DNA of 63,579 nucleotides, the filler included, from Globobulimina sp. (Eukaryota), in NCBI GenBank assembly GCA_003354225.1. It is 36 parts of 36 records of this genome, joined end to end, with 100 filler letters (N's around TTAATTAATTAA, not from the genome) between each part and the next. Parts side by side here need not be neighbours in the genome. Positions count along the whole stretch, not along the records: positions 46,000 to 47,667 come from PIVH01013376.1; positions 47,768 to 49,435 come from PIVH01013377.1; positions 49,536 to 51,203 come from PIVH01013378.1; positions 51,304 to 52,971 come from PIVH01013379.1; positions 53,072 to 54,739 come from PIVH01013380.1; positions 54,840 to 56,507 come from PIVH01013381.1; positions 56,608 to 58,275 come from PIVH01013382.1; 29 more parts are not named here. One strand, 5' to 3'. Shown here in pieces: positions 46,137 through 58,375 of the stretch (positions are counted from its first letter, which is position 1; each line of letters starts with the position of its first letter). The position numbers and the translations under genes were made by a program. The notes under the pieces are model-generated. The model was not told the DNA's origin and ran no database searches. It was given only the letters and a program-made list of their open reading frames with translations.

Positions 46137-47554
46137 GGAATGAAAATTAAATAACCTGAACAAAATTCATTCTACAGAGAACATTTTTTGTTTATTGTGG
46201 AATAGCACGATAATTCCACTGGCCAAGAAAATCATCAAAAAGGATTTTCATGTTTTCTTTGAAATTTTTAGAGTACTTTCTTCCAGTCTCATAAATTTTG
46301 TTAGTTATGGTTGCAGTAATTTTTAATCCTTCTTTTGTTGTTGTATTTTCAATGAGCTCTTTAACAATTTCATAATTTCTTAAAACAACGCCTTGTAGAG
46401 CCCTCGTGATATGAGGGAATACCCTATGCTCTATAGGATTCCATTTAGATGTGTAGGGTGGAAAATGAGCAATTCTAATTCCTACTCTTATCTCATCTAC
46501 AAGTTTCTGCAGATCCTCTTTAAAAATGTAGTGGCGTGAAGAATTGCTGCCACCGCCATCAGCAAGAACCAATATTGAATCAGCTTTTTGGTACTGGAAT
46601 CGCCCTATTTTATACCACCATGTTTTTATTGAGTCACATGCGAATTCACTGGTATCCTTGCTTGTTCCTATGTTTACAAAGCCTGTATTCTGATGAATGT
46701 CGTAAATAGCGTATGGAATAGCCACACCATCTGCAAGGTGCGGGAAATCATGGTCATAAACTTCTATAGGGTGTGTGCTATAAACGTATCCTTCCCGGTA
46801 TAAATTACCTATGAATTCTTTTTTTTTGTATCAACACTTACTACCGGGTTACCAACAGCCAGATACTCTTTTTTTAAACGTGCAATGTTTTCAAACTGTT
46901 CATTACGATGGGCTGATGATCCGATTGCAAGTTTTTTTAAAGCTTTCCGCTTGGAAAAACCATGCTTTTTCAATAACTTGGTGACGACAGTTACGCTGAT
47001 ATCAACACCGTTAGTTTTCATTCGTTTTGCAATCTGCATTTTACTCAAATTCGTCCAACGGATGTTACTGTCCATGGGGTCTCCAGCAATATAGTCATCT
47101 ATCACTTTTAAAAAAACAGTATTAATATTAACAACTGTATCGATAGCGGATTTTCGTCCACCACCTGTACTCCGGATCCTATTTTTTATAATGAGATCCG
47201 GTTGTTTTAATTCGTCTATTCCTTTCAAAACAGTATTGCGACTGCAATTAAAAACCTCGGAAATATAGGTTACATTTCCACGAGGCAATTTTAATGCCTC
47301 AACTGCTGCATATAATCGTCTGTCTTTTTCTGAAAGCTGTTTGTATGTCTCTTTCATTTGTTGTTCTACTTTTTTATCATACGGTGAATGTTTTTTCGGA
47401 CCTGGTTTTTTTTGCTTTAATTTCATCTACGACACCTTTTAATCTTTATTATTAATTTGTGCCGTAAGTATCTCATATTATTATAATTTTGTCTAGTTTT
47501 GTAACTATGTGATATTGCAGGGGATTTTTGTTCAACTTATTTAAATTGTTTTCC
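46137..47554 (-). mobile_element. Complete ISAzo13-family insertion sequence (1,418 bp)
   Basis: Imperfect ~32-bp TIRs beginning GGAA; 3-bp TAA duplication (46134-46136, 47555-47557); transposase inside. Confidence 0.92.
46192..47426 (-). CDS. ISAzo13 DDE transposase split by a -1 frameshift at A9G
   Basis: GGGRK, GDPM..WT, HRNEQF, SVDTKKK | EFIGN..DHDF, ADGGGSN, PPYTSKWNPIEHR, WNY. Confidence 0.92.
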
Positions 47555-47779
47555 TAAGCTGAATCAGATTGTTGATATGTACAATCAGGAACAGGCAAAA
47601 CTTTAATGGCTTTGAAATAAGCACAACTGCTGCGTTACACTGCGCCCCTCATCACTGCGGAGTAGGGNNNNNNNNNNNNNNNNNNNNNNNNNNNNNNNNN
47701 NNNNNNNNNNNTTAATTAATTAANNNNNNNNNNNNNNNNNNNNNNNNNNNNNNNNNNNNNNNNNNNNCCAATAATTTTC

Positions 47780-49435
47780 ATTTTTTCTCGATTTTTGACC
47801 AAAATAATTATTCTTTCAAAACATCTGCTTAGACAGAAACAGATCCCTTGGCTCATTTTTTTACTTACATACCAACCAAATTCAGTATCAAAAATAACCA
47901 GAACCAGTAGCTATTTAAGAATCACTCACATTTTTTAGGTAGTCGGCGGGCCGCAAAACAATGGTCATGTGACCATCACATCATCTGCCAATCACTTCCT
48001 CAATCAATCCAGTTTGTTTACATACGGTCGCTGCTGAGTTAAAACAGGTTCAGGGTGATAAAAAAACTAGCCAGTTGCATGTTGACAGACAAGACAACCC
48101 TGCCCAGCCATTGAAAGCAGTCAGCCACTTTTATTATTGTTGTTGTTATTTTGATTTTAATCTCATTGTCAGACCTATGGTCTGTATTTGTCAGATCAGA
48201 ATGCCTAAATTTTTAGAGAATTTGTTGCCTGAAAGTTTCAGTCACACTGTTCGGTTTGTCAGCAGTAATATTGCAACCAAGCTTTGGTAAACTTCTTCAA
48301 ATATCATTTCTATTATCAAATTTGTATTTGACGAACGATATGACAAACAAAACAAACTCTCTCTTGAATGCAAGACGGTAGAGATGGGCAAGAGCCTGAA
48401 AAAGCTCGGCTCGGCTTGGCTCTGGAGCCCGATTCGAGCTCAATTTTGATTTCTATGAGGCACGCGAGCGAGCCGAGCCTGCTTTTTTGCCAGCGAGCCC
48501 AAACGAGCTTTGAGCTTGATCTAATGCCACAAAACAACAAAAAACTTCAAAAACTGTTGCTTTTTGGCATTAATTCTTTACTAAATAATACGTTTGATCC
48601 TCAAATGCAATGCAGAGTAGCTTTCTTGTTTTAAAATCTATTGTAAACTTAATTTGGAAGCTGAAAGTGATTTTCGAGTCTAAAAACGAGCTTTTTGGCA
48701 TTTTTCAGCGAGTTTTTTTGAAAATTTACAGCTCGCGAACCGAGCTCAAGCTTCTTTGCATACAAAAATAGCGAGCCGAGCCCGAGTTTATCTAATTAAT
48801 TTTCGAGCCGAGCTCGGATTTTTGGGGTCGCGCCCTTCTCTACCAGACGGACCAAATCGGAATAAGCATGTCCGACTACGAAGTCACAAACTGGACCGTT
48901 TTTCAACATCTTTTTTCTGCTGTTTTATTTGGGTCATTTTCGGTTTTAACGCATAATAAAGCGTTGAAATTGAATTCAGGGGCGAAGGAGAAAATTCTAA
49001 AGGCAAGAAACTTTCTAAAACTTTTGAAACGTTCCGATCTGAAAAATAGAGAGCATAGATTGAAATCAAAATAACAACAACAACAACAATAAAAGTTGTT
49101 GTCTGCTTGCAGTTGTGGCTGGGTCGTCATCTACATACAGTTGGCTAGTTTTTTTTACCACCGCTGGACCTATTTTATTTAACTCAGCAACGAGTCTTAT
49201 GTAAACAAACTGGATTGAGGGAGTGATTGGCTGATCGGAGGTCACGTGACCATTGTTTTGCGGCTGACCGACTACCTAAAAAATGTGAGTGATTCTTAAA
49301 TCGCTACTGGTTCTGGTTATTTTTGATACTGAATTTGGATGGTATGTAACGTAAAAGAATGAGCCAAGGGATCTGTTTCTGTCTAAGCAGATGTTTTGAA
49401 AGAATAATTATTTTGGTCAAAAATCGAGAAAAAAT
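47780..49435. mobile_element. Foldback element with ~380-bp diverged inverted arms
   Basis: 47780-48163 is the reverse complement of 49057-49435, near-identical distally and more diverged internally. Confidence 0.85.
48379..48842. mobile_element. Non-autonomous hAT-type element (464 bp) nested in the foldback
   Basis: TIRs TAGAGATGGGC / GCCCTTCTCTA; 8-bp TSD CAAGACGG / CCAGACGG; many subterminal GAGCC/GGCTC motifs. Confidence 0.85.
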
Positions 49436-49535
49436 NNNNNNNNNNNNNNNNNNNNNNNNNNNNNNNNNNNNNNNNNNNNTTAATTAATTAANNNNNNNNN
49501 NNNNNNNNNNNNNNNNNNNNNNNNNNNNNNNNNNN

Positions 49536-50630
49536 AAAATGGAAAATGCGAATGTTTTACAGTCACATCAGTTTACGCAAAGACAGACAAAATTAAATGT
49601 CAAAAAAACAGCTCCTGTTCCATTACCATTTGACCATAAAAACAATATCAAGAATAATAAGGATATTTTAATTAACCAACCATTAAAATCAAAATGTAAA
49701 CTAAAACAAAAACAAAAATCAAAGCAAAAACAAACTGCTCCAGTTCCATTGCCGCCTTTTTTAGCAAATACAAAATCGAAATCGAAAAAGGCGAAAGCAA
49801 CCAAACAATCGAAAGAATCCACTCAACCAAAAAAAGCAAAGCAAATAAAAGAAATAAAAGTCGAAGTAATCGATTTCGCATCAATTCCTGAAGCGTTTTA
49901 CATCGGATATGATAATGACATTGGTATAGATTTGTTATATGATAAAAATCAAGAAATTGACAAGTCATTAATTTCAAATACCAAACAACATATTATCGAC
50001 CACGGAAATACAAATTCTGCCAAAACAGCACATTCGAATCACAGTGAAGAAATTATTATGTACTCGCCGCCAATTTCAGCAACAGACAGTTCGAATAATT
50101 ATAATTATAACATGAGTGATTTCGCAAATTCCGATTCGACAGTGTTTACACCCACATTAAAAAATAAAATTGATCACGAGAATCCAATGAAAATTGAAAT
50201 GCACAGTGAACCGGAAACCGAAACTGGCACTGAAGACACTGAAGAATCTGAAGATAGTTATTTTAACGATCAGAAATTTACATTGTTAGCTGAAAAAATA
50301 TTAGACGAAAACTCTTCATTCGATGACAAACAAAACGATTTTCAATATAAATATATTGAGAATAATAACAATCAGAGACCAATGTGTCTAAATCAATATA
50401 ACCAAACACAAAATATTTGGGCATTTTATCAAAATCAATATAACCAAACACAAAATATTTGGGCAGAAACGTCCCAATATCAATATCAATGTCAATATAA
50501 ACAACAATTTATTCCTATTCCTCAAAATCAAGCGATACCCTTATCAGAATACTCGCAATCAAAAACATTGGATGGCTTATTGATGCATGGATTGCCTCCA
50601 ATAAACAATTTTTTTTTTGGTGTTGCATAG
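49536..50630 (+). CDS. Low-complexity hypothetical protein
   Basis: 363-aa ORF with duplicated TAPVPLP and NQYNQTQNIWA. Confidence 0.55.
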   Translation, partial: KMENANVLQSHQFTQRQTKLNVKKTAPVPLPFDHKNNIKNNKDILINQPLKSKCKLKQKQKSKQKQTAPVPLPPFLANTKSKSKKAKATKQSKESTQPKKAKQIKEIKVEVIDFASIPEAFYIGYDNDIGIDLLYDKNQEIDKSLISNTKQHIIDHGNTNSAKTAHSNHSEEIIMYSPPISATDSSNNYNYNMSDFANSDSTVFTPTLKNKIDHENPMKIEMHSEPETETGTEDTEESEDSYFNDQKFTLLAEKILDENSSFDDKQNDFQYKYIENNNNQRPMCLNQYNQTQNIWAFYQNQYNQTQNIWAETSQYQYQCQYKQQFIPIPQNQAIPLSEYSQSKTLDGLLMHGLPPINNFFFGVA

Positions 50631-50763
50631 GTTTATTTAATTTAATTCAATATCTATCATTTAATCTTATCCACCACCCAACTCTCTAAAACGCGAGATA
50701 TCAAAAACCTTTTGGCTTAAAAACTGTAATCTTTCGAAACTTCGTGCAACTGCACCTTACAAC

Positions 50764-51203
50764 AATGTATTTGTTTTGGGTGATAAGTTTAAACATAATT
50801 TTGCCGCTATACGAAGTACACACAAAGAATATATTACTAGTAGCACCGTCGGATAAATTGCCATATAATGTTACGAAGGGTTGCACTACAAAATCCGATG
50901 AAGATTTGATTTATATATTTGGCGGTGAAACCGACATCGATGCTAATGTTTATTTCAAGAACACTAATAATATTTTAGTCTACAATTTTAGTTCGTCCTT
51001 TGATAACACATTTAACATCAAACGAATGAGTACAAAAGCAACATCGTCAATGCGTTGTCACCAAAATACTGTATATTCCTCATTGCTTAATGAAATATAT
51101 ATCGCTGGTGCTATGAATACAAATTTTATCAGAAATAATCGGAATGGTTCAACCACACAACCTCTTATTTCTATTAATTCCCTATACTATGCATTCAATG
51201 CAG
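50764..51203 (+). CDS. Secreted kelch-like beta-propeller protein, N-terminus
   Basis: Hydrophobic leader; LIYIFGG and EIYIAG kelch-like strands. Confidence 0.6.
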
Positions 51204-51303
51204 NNNNNNNNNNNNNNNNNNNNNNNNNNNNNNNNNNNNNNNNNNNNTTAATTAATTAANNNNNNNNNNNNNNNNNNNNNNNNNNNNNNNNNNNNNNNNN
51301 NNN

Positions 51304-52971
51304 GACATACCATGAGTAACAACAATCAACCATGAAAAATCAGAAGTCACTAAATCGGCAGCGGTTAGGCGAGCTTGCTTCTGCTGCTACTGGATCAAGT
51401 AGGCCTCTCTTCAATGAACTAAAGCGATTGGCAGGTTCAAACCGTGGCTGTTCAAATCGAATCGATGGTCTTGATTCAGATTTACAAATCTCAAATAAGT
51501 TTGCAGAAAAATATGGTAGTACGTATAATATGCTAGAGAATGAGGATATTGGCGATATACAAAAAATAATTGATTCCAGGATTGAGTTCAGTCAGTGATA
51601 GTGACTGTTGTACCATCGATGAACGAGAGGTTACAGTTGCGATTACCAAACTAAAGCCAGGTAAACATGACGGAAATGGCTTTTACAGCAATTTGTTATT
51701 ACAAAACAGTGCACATTTGAATGCTAAACTAGCACAGTTATTCAGCTATATGTTAACTCATGGACATACACCAAGTGCCCTGTTATCGGCAAATATTGTA
51801 CCAATACCAAAAGATACAAAAGGTGATCTGTGTAACTCTGAAAACTATTGTGGCATATCATTGGGCAGTTCTATTAGCAAACTGTTTGATGTTGTCACAC
51901 TTGACCGTTATGGTAAGGAGTACTTAAATACCAGTGACATGCAGTTTGCTTACAAGCATGATCACTCTACCACTATGTGTACAACCATAATGAAGGAAGT
52001 TGTTCAGCATTACTGGCATGGGAAAAGTTCGGTCTATGCATGCTTTGTGGATGCCACAAAAGCATTTGACCTGGTATCCTTCCCAAAGCTTTTTTCATTA
52101 CTTCTAAGCCGTGGATTACCTGTTCCCTTTTTGCGCGTTATTCTTGACACTTATAGAAGGCAAAAAGTTTTAGTAACATGGAATTCTATGAAGTCAGACA
52201 GCTTTAATGTGAAAAACGGTGTTAGACAAGGTGCTATTTTATCAGCTGTACTGTTCACAGTATACATCGATGAGCTCCTACTTAGGCTTCAACATCAGCA
52301 AGTAGGCTGCCACATTGATGGCCTGTATGCTGGTGCACTGGCTTATGCGGACGATGTAACACTACTCTGTCCATCTCTAGATGGTCTCAAGAGAATGATA
52401 ATTACGTTGGAGTAATTTGGCCTAGAATATAAAATGAAGTTCAATCCCAGTAAGACTAAATCTATGAAATTTGCACTGGATCATAAAACATCTGTTGATA
52501 TGCCATCTGTTATCGTCGCTGGGAGACAGATCGAATGGGTTGACTCATTTCGTCACTTAGGTGCTCATGTCACCCATGATCTGTCAGACACAGTAGATAT
52601 TGAACAGAAGCGCAATCACTTCATTAGATAGGCAAATTATGTCATTCATTCTTTTTCTGCCTCACCTTCATGGTTAAAGAGCAAATTGATACAAACTTAT
52701 GCTACAGCTTTATATGGCAGTCAGGCATGGCAGCTAAACAATCGTTCCCTGGACAGAATACGTACTGCATGGAACATTGTTCGGAGGAAAGTTTGGCGGC
52801 TTCCTTGGTGAGCCCACTGTATGCTTCTCCCTATTCTTGCTCAGACGCCAAACCTTCTACAGCAAGTAAAGAAAAGGGCTACAAATTTTCACAGAAAAAT
52901 GGAGTCATCATGCAACATGATAGTTTCCACAGTGGCAAGAGTGTCTTACCAGTGTCCAAGCTCAGCAGTAC
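51304..52971 (+). pseudogene. Degenerate non-LTR retrotransposon reverse transcriptase
   Basis: LKPGKHDG, IVPIPK, NYCGISL, QFAYK, FVDATKAFD, GVRQG, YADD, KFNPSKT, FRHLG; frameshifts and in-frame stops at 52413 and 52629. Confidence 0.92.
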
Positions 52972-53071
52972 NNNNNNNNNNNNNNNNNNNNNNNNNNNNN
53001 NNNNNNNNNNNNNNNTTAATTAATTAANNNNNNNNNNNNNNNNNNNNNNNNNNNNNNNNNNNNNNNNNNNN

Positions 53072-54497
53072 ATGGCGCGAAATTGTATGTTGGTAATGAT
53101 ATTAAACAGCAAATAAAGTTTAGAACCTCGCAAGGACAGATATATGAACGAAAGCGTAGCTCCACACAGTTAGCATCACCATCATCGCGATCGTATAAAA
53201 AAAAAGCATTAGGTAAGACAACTGGGGTTAAAGTTAAACCGAGATTTATTACATTCGATGAGACTGATATTCATGAGAAGGAGTATAAATCATCGCAACC
53301 TGTACAAATACAAGATAACAAACCGCAAATAGGTATGTACGACATGTATGCCACGCTGCCATGATTTAATAAGTGACTTTAAGATTTTCACTGAAAATTA
53401 TCTTATTAAATCCTGACTTCGCATACATTTTTATAGAGTACCCATTGGATTATAGTAACGCATATCAAGATAGCAATAAATATGAGCCACACACACTACA
53501 ATACACCACACCGCATTTAAATGCCAAAGCAATCCCTCCCGATACAGAACTCGGTCGAGTGGAGTTAGCCCATCGAGTGCAGTTAAAGTTGAATGAAATG
53601 ATGATGATTACAGAATATATGGTAGATCTACGCTGGGAATCTATACTATTAATGGCATCGTCAACTTTATACACGGCACAAAAAACGGCCTGGATGTTAT
53701 TGAAAAATTTAGAACAAGAAAAGATTGTAGCAAACGTATCCAAGCAACAAACACGTCAACGCACACTAAATAGTTCAAATATTATTAATCCACACTCAAA
53801 TATTCGTATTTCATCCAATATCAATTTGTCTCTCCCCGCACCTGCAGCTGCCACGGATATATTAATCAATAATCCACATAAAAATAAACCGTTTGCTAAG
53901 GCACCTAAACCAGAAATGGATCGCAAAGGCTTACCGATATTAGAGGACAAATCTAAATATAAAGCAGTGGCCATGGAATACTGCCAAAAGATGGGCTGGA
54001 AACGGCCAATGGAGGCGACCCAATGTGTGGGCTCTGGGTATCGCGCAACAGTTTGCTTTGGAAAGCCAGGCAGAGAAAAATCAGCCTCTGGGCATGGGGT
54101 AAGGCTGAAAAATGCAGTCTACGAAGCGTATATAAAATTGGTGCCAGTGGTGATACCCAAGCACAGCGCCATGGGGTTAATGATGAAATGGGTTCCGGGC
54201 TATACCAAACCAAAGAAAGTATGCGCTGCTACAGTTGTGCAGTCCGGACAGGCGGTTATGAAACATCCTAAATCTATGTTGATTGAATGGGCACAAATGA
54301 ATGGTTTTGCACCGCCGAAAAGCCAGTTTACAGAGTTTATGGACGCTGCCCGGAATCTGAGGGTGTGGACTGCCAAAGTTTCATTTGGTGGCCAAACTAT
54401 TGAATCCAAAGGGACTAAAAAAAAGGATGCTGAATCTAAGTGTTTTCAGGAATTTTTGAAACATGTTATGAATGGTACGATTACTAAACATAAATAA
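53072..54497 (+). CDS. Protein with two C-terminal double-stranded RNA-binding domains, 5' truncated; intron 53333-53436
   Basis: YKAVAMEYCQKMGWKRP..GHG..KNA and HPKSMLIEWAQ..F..P..GTKKKDAESKC. Confidence 0.78.
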
Positions 54498-54940
54498 TTG
54501 ATTAATTCCTTAAAATAATTATATTTGTTGTCTTGTTTTCTTTTCCTTTTCGTTGTTGCTGTTTACTTTGAATCATGTTTACGTTTTTAACATTCTTTTT
54601 GTATTAATTTGTTTTTGTATATTATTTATTATCGTATTACTGTTTTTCATATTGCGTCATTTGTTGTTGTTTGATATAATGTGTCATTGTGATTCCCATC
54701 TAAAAAATCTGAACCCTTTGTGAATATGAAGAATGCGACNNNNNNNNNNNNNNNNNNNNNNNNNNNNNNNNNNNNNNNNNNNNTTAATTAATTAANNNNN
54801 NNNNNNNNNNNNNNNNNNNNNNNNNNNNNNNNNNNNNNNCATTGTTAATATCAATGTAAATATATGTGAGTTACTGATTGTTAAACTAAAAGACATAGTA
54901 ATTTGGATAATTATGGATAAGATTATATATAAAATAAAAA

Positions 54941-54948
54941 TCAATTTT
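54941..54948 (-). promoter_or_regulatory. AAAATTGA motif (Mimiviridae-type early promoter) 44 nt upstream of an ATG at 54896
   Basis: Exact octamer followed by an AT-only tract, then a frame open to the contig end. Confidence 0.4.
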
Positions 54949-54994
54949 AAGAAAAGTTACTGTCCTCCGTGGCTCCGCCGGACAGGGCGAAATC

Positions 54995-56230
54995 TTAATT
55001 AATAATTGTAGTAGCGGTATTTTCAATTTGTGCTTCTAAATCTTCTTCTAATACAATATTATTTAGTTGTTGAATATCATTTCTATTTCTTTTACATACA
55101 CAACAATCTTTTAATATATAAATTAACATACCAATTATAAGTGATATAGCAAAAATTAAACTCCAGTCTTGTAATGTTAATTCATTATTTGATGGTTTAA
55201 TTTGTGTTACAATACTATATCTAGCTCCACCTTTTGCGAACAATGCTCTTGCTCTTAACATTTGATCATATGTGAACATATTTCTTTGAGAACCATAAGA
55301 CATAAAATTCATAAACATATCTGGTGATCCACAAGAACTAGTTGCCGGATAAGTGGAATTAATTGAAATGCCGCATTGTATATGATTAGTATTTGATACT
55401 GGTGTATCATCTACAAAATCATCATTATCACATTCACTTTCACTTCCATTGCCAACACCATCGCCCAAAACGTGATGTAAATTCATCCAATGACCGATTT
55501 CATGAGTTGATGTTCTAGCACCTTGCTTTAAAAATGAATAAGCATTTAATACATATCCATCATTCCCTGGTAAATCTTTTATAGTATCTGGAAAATGAGA
55601 GTAACCCATTGTAATTAATCCATTCTCATTCGGTTTAATATATACAATCCAAATATTTAAATTTAATTCTGGATCAATAGCATCACTGCCACCATATTTA
55701 TTAAATTTCATCATTTCTGATTCACCATTATCAGCATCCCAATATTCTTTGTTAGAATGAATATATTTAATAATTTTAGTATGAAATCTAACTTTAAAAT
55801 TACCCAATAAAGATTCCAATTCTTCCGGAATATTATTATAAAGATCTTCATTCTCCATATTATAATCTTCATTTAATTGTTTTACAATTCCATTTTCTAA
55901 TCTTTGTTCACTTAAAGAAAACGGAGAAAACCCTTGTATATTATACTGAGTTTCATCATTATAAATAATATGAAATACTAATGGTATTTCTATCTCATCA
56001 TATATAATTTCTTCTTCACTTAATTGATGATTTTCTTTGAATTTTTTAGCGTGTAATTCAATTCCTTCGTCAAATGTTTGTTTAGTTAATCCGTGGTTAT
56101 AATTAATTTTAAAATCATTTACCAATTCAAGTTCTGATGATATTTGTTCTAAATTTTCAAATAAACCTGTATATTTTTTGGAATAACTTGATGTTATCAT
56201 TAGACCTAATGTGAAAAATTGTTTGAACAT
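54995..56230 (-). CDS. M43 (pappalysin/ulilysin-like) zinc metalloprotease with a signal peptide and C-terminal TM helix
   Basis: IPLVFHIIY, LNIW, THEIGHWMNLHH, DDFVDDTP, NFMSY, FTYDQ; likely start MFKQ at 56230; intronless. Confidence 0.92.
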   Translation of the reverse strand: MFKQFFTLGLMITSSYSKKYTGLFENLEQISSELELVNDFKINYNHGLTKQTFDEGIELHAKKFKENHQLSEEEIIYDEIEIPLVFHIIYNDETQYNIQGFSPFSLSEQRLENGIVKQLNEDYNMENEDLYNNIPEELESLLGNFKVRFHTKIIKYIHSNKEYWDADNGESEMMKFNKYGGSDAIDPELNLNIWIVYIKPNENGLITMGYSHFPDTIKDLPGNDGYVLNAYSFLKQGARTSTHEIGHWMNLHHVLGDGVGNGSESECDNDDFVDDTPVSNTNHIQCGISINSTYPATSSCGSPDMFMNFMSYGSQRNMFTYDQMLRARALFAKGGARYSIVTQIKPSNNELTLQDWSLIFAISLIIGMLIYILKDCCVCKRNRNDIQQLNNIVLEEDLEAQIENTATTIIN

Positions 56231-56607
56231 TTTTATTATTTTATATAATAATATAAGATAATAAATAAATTTTAAAACGGAAAAAAAGATTTTTAATCCA
56301 AAAAAATCCAAAAAACCGCCAAGGAATATTCCAACGGAATTGGTCAAAACCGAGGTAAACATATGCTAAAACAAGCGCCGCAGGCAAAAAAAAGCAAAAA
56401 ACCCACCAAAAATTAAAGAAAACACGAATAAAATGGATAACAAATCCAATATTCTATCCATTAATAACGAATAACCTATCCATATAGTGGATAATAATTA
56501 ATAAAAANNNNNNNNNNNNNNNNNNNNNNNNNNNNNNNNNNNNNNNNNNNNTTAATTAATTAANNNNNNNNNNNNNNNNNNNNNNNNNNNNNNNNNNNNN
56601 NNNNNNN

Positions 56608-58100
56608 TGATAATGTTTGCTGTGCTCCGAAATTTGTATACGCATTATTATCGACAGGATAATTATATTCATCCGGTCCCATTACTTGCAGAAATTCGTA
56701 GAACTGCGTTTTATTATTGTAATAACTCCAATCTTCCCAAAACAAACATATATCATACAACATGTCATAATATATGCTTAACCACGTCAGATTTCTAGAC
56801 ATATAGAAATATTGTCTCATTGCCAACGCTATATCTGCATTTATATGAATTTCATAGGTGCCCCATCGTGTGCCTTGCAGCTCAATTCCAGAGAATGCAG
56901 ATTCCCAAGGAAACCGTCCAGAGCCTGATAAACCAGTTCGTTTGGACATATTTGCTGTAATTTGAGCGCCAAATATGCGGTTGTTTCGATATTCTAAACA
57001 TCCTTCGCTTAGTTGTTGTTGTAGCAACAATAAAGGAGGAAACATCCACGACTCCTGATCCCAAAATGTGTGTCCTGAGTAAGCATCAGATGCCAAAGAG
57101 CCAGGGGATAAACCATACGGCCATCCACTACGAATACTGCTTATAATATAATAATATGATGAATATACTGAGGCGGCCACGGTATCATTCCCAATCACGT
57201 CAATTCTGCCATCCATCCATATCGATTCCCAATCATTGATATGTTGCTTTAACCACTCATTCCGCTCAGAATATAAGCTTTCAAATAAATGGACAGCATC
57301 GTTTAAAAGAGTGGACGGCGTTGTTTCCAATGTTGTTAATGATACAGTTGGAAAATAAAATGTTTTTATAGACTGTGCATTGACCGAAATATTACCATTT
57401 AAATTGTAATGAACTAAAACCACCTCAACCAAATCTGATGAGTTATATTCTGGAATCTTTGTTGAGCCATAAACGCATGAAATGTTATTAAATGTTGATG
57501 TGGGACAGGTGACAGCGTCGAAACTAATATCTGATGATGCTGAGCCTGCATTATTTTTATATTCAACTATTAAGTTACGGGAGTTTTTAGAATTATCGAC
57601 ATCAATTTGTGTGACTAACAGATTTGGATAATGTCTGTTGGCATAAATACTGACATTCACACTGAAATTGGAGGAGATATACGTTTCGTAGAAAACAGCA
57701 TCATTTACATCCAATGTGTATGAACTGCTTATTTGCGGATTGGCGTTGAATGTAAATTTGAAAGAGTTTGTGGATGGAATTCTGGCACGATGTGATATTT
57801 GATGATATTGGCTTTCGTTTAATACACTCTATTTTTATTATTTAGTGGCAAAATGTAATTTAAATTAATTTATTGATGCAAAAATTTAATTTGAATACAA
57901 ACCGCTCCATTAAAGACTCCGCCAATGTACATAGTATCGGATGCGATTTGCATTCCAATATAGCCATTGGAGATACTAGCCATTAATCTGGCATTTGTTG
58001 GTAATTTGCTTGTGCTGAATCTAGATGTTTGTTCTGGCAAAATCCTGCATCTACAAATCTTAAAAAGAACGGCAACCACCAATACAAAATTTAACATCAT
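56608..58100 (-). CDS. Secreted GH65 glycoside hydrolase (PGGHG/acid-trehalase-like), 3' truncated; intron 57829-57902
   Basis: SISNGYIG, SHRARIP, GLSPGSL..YSGHTFWDQESW, FPWES, EIHINADIA, VMGPDEY, NNAYTN. Confidence 0.92.
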
Positions 58101-58375
58101 GCTCAGTTCGCAGAATTAAATTGAGGTTTTCACCAAGTGACAGCAGGTACAGTTTAGTTTTTTTTATTTTATCAAAAACCAGAAAAACAAACAACAAAAA
58201 TTAAAAACAAGAAAACAAAAACAAACAAAAAAAAGGCGGAATGACATAAAAACATACATAAACATAACATAGCTTNNNNNNNNNNNNNNNNNNNNNNNNN
58301 NNNNNNNNNNNNNNNNNNNTTAATTAATTAANNNNNNNNNNNNNNNNNNNNNNNNNNNNNNNNNNNNNNNNNNNN

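Larger units (their letters stand above)
46009..47606 (+). pseudogene. Bacterial pentapeptide-repeat gene interrupted by the IS
   Basis: The empty site reconstructs in frame as MIKIEC..DSLENVDLSGRDLHRAFLVDAKMMGA-K-LNQ..AKL*. Confidence 0.7.

Noticed and set aside
51304..52971. Reverse transcriptase as a possible retron/DGR/defence RT
   Set aside because: Motifs are those of ordinary non-LTR retrotransposons and the frame is decayed.
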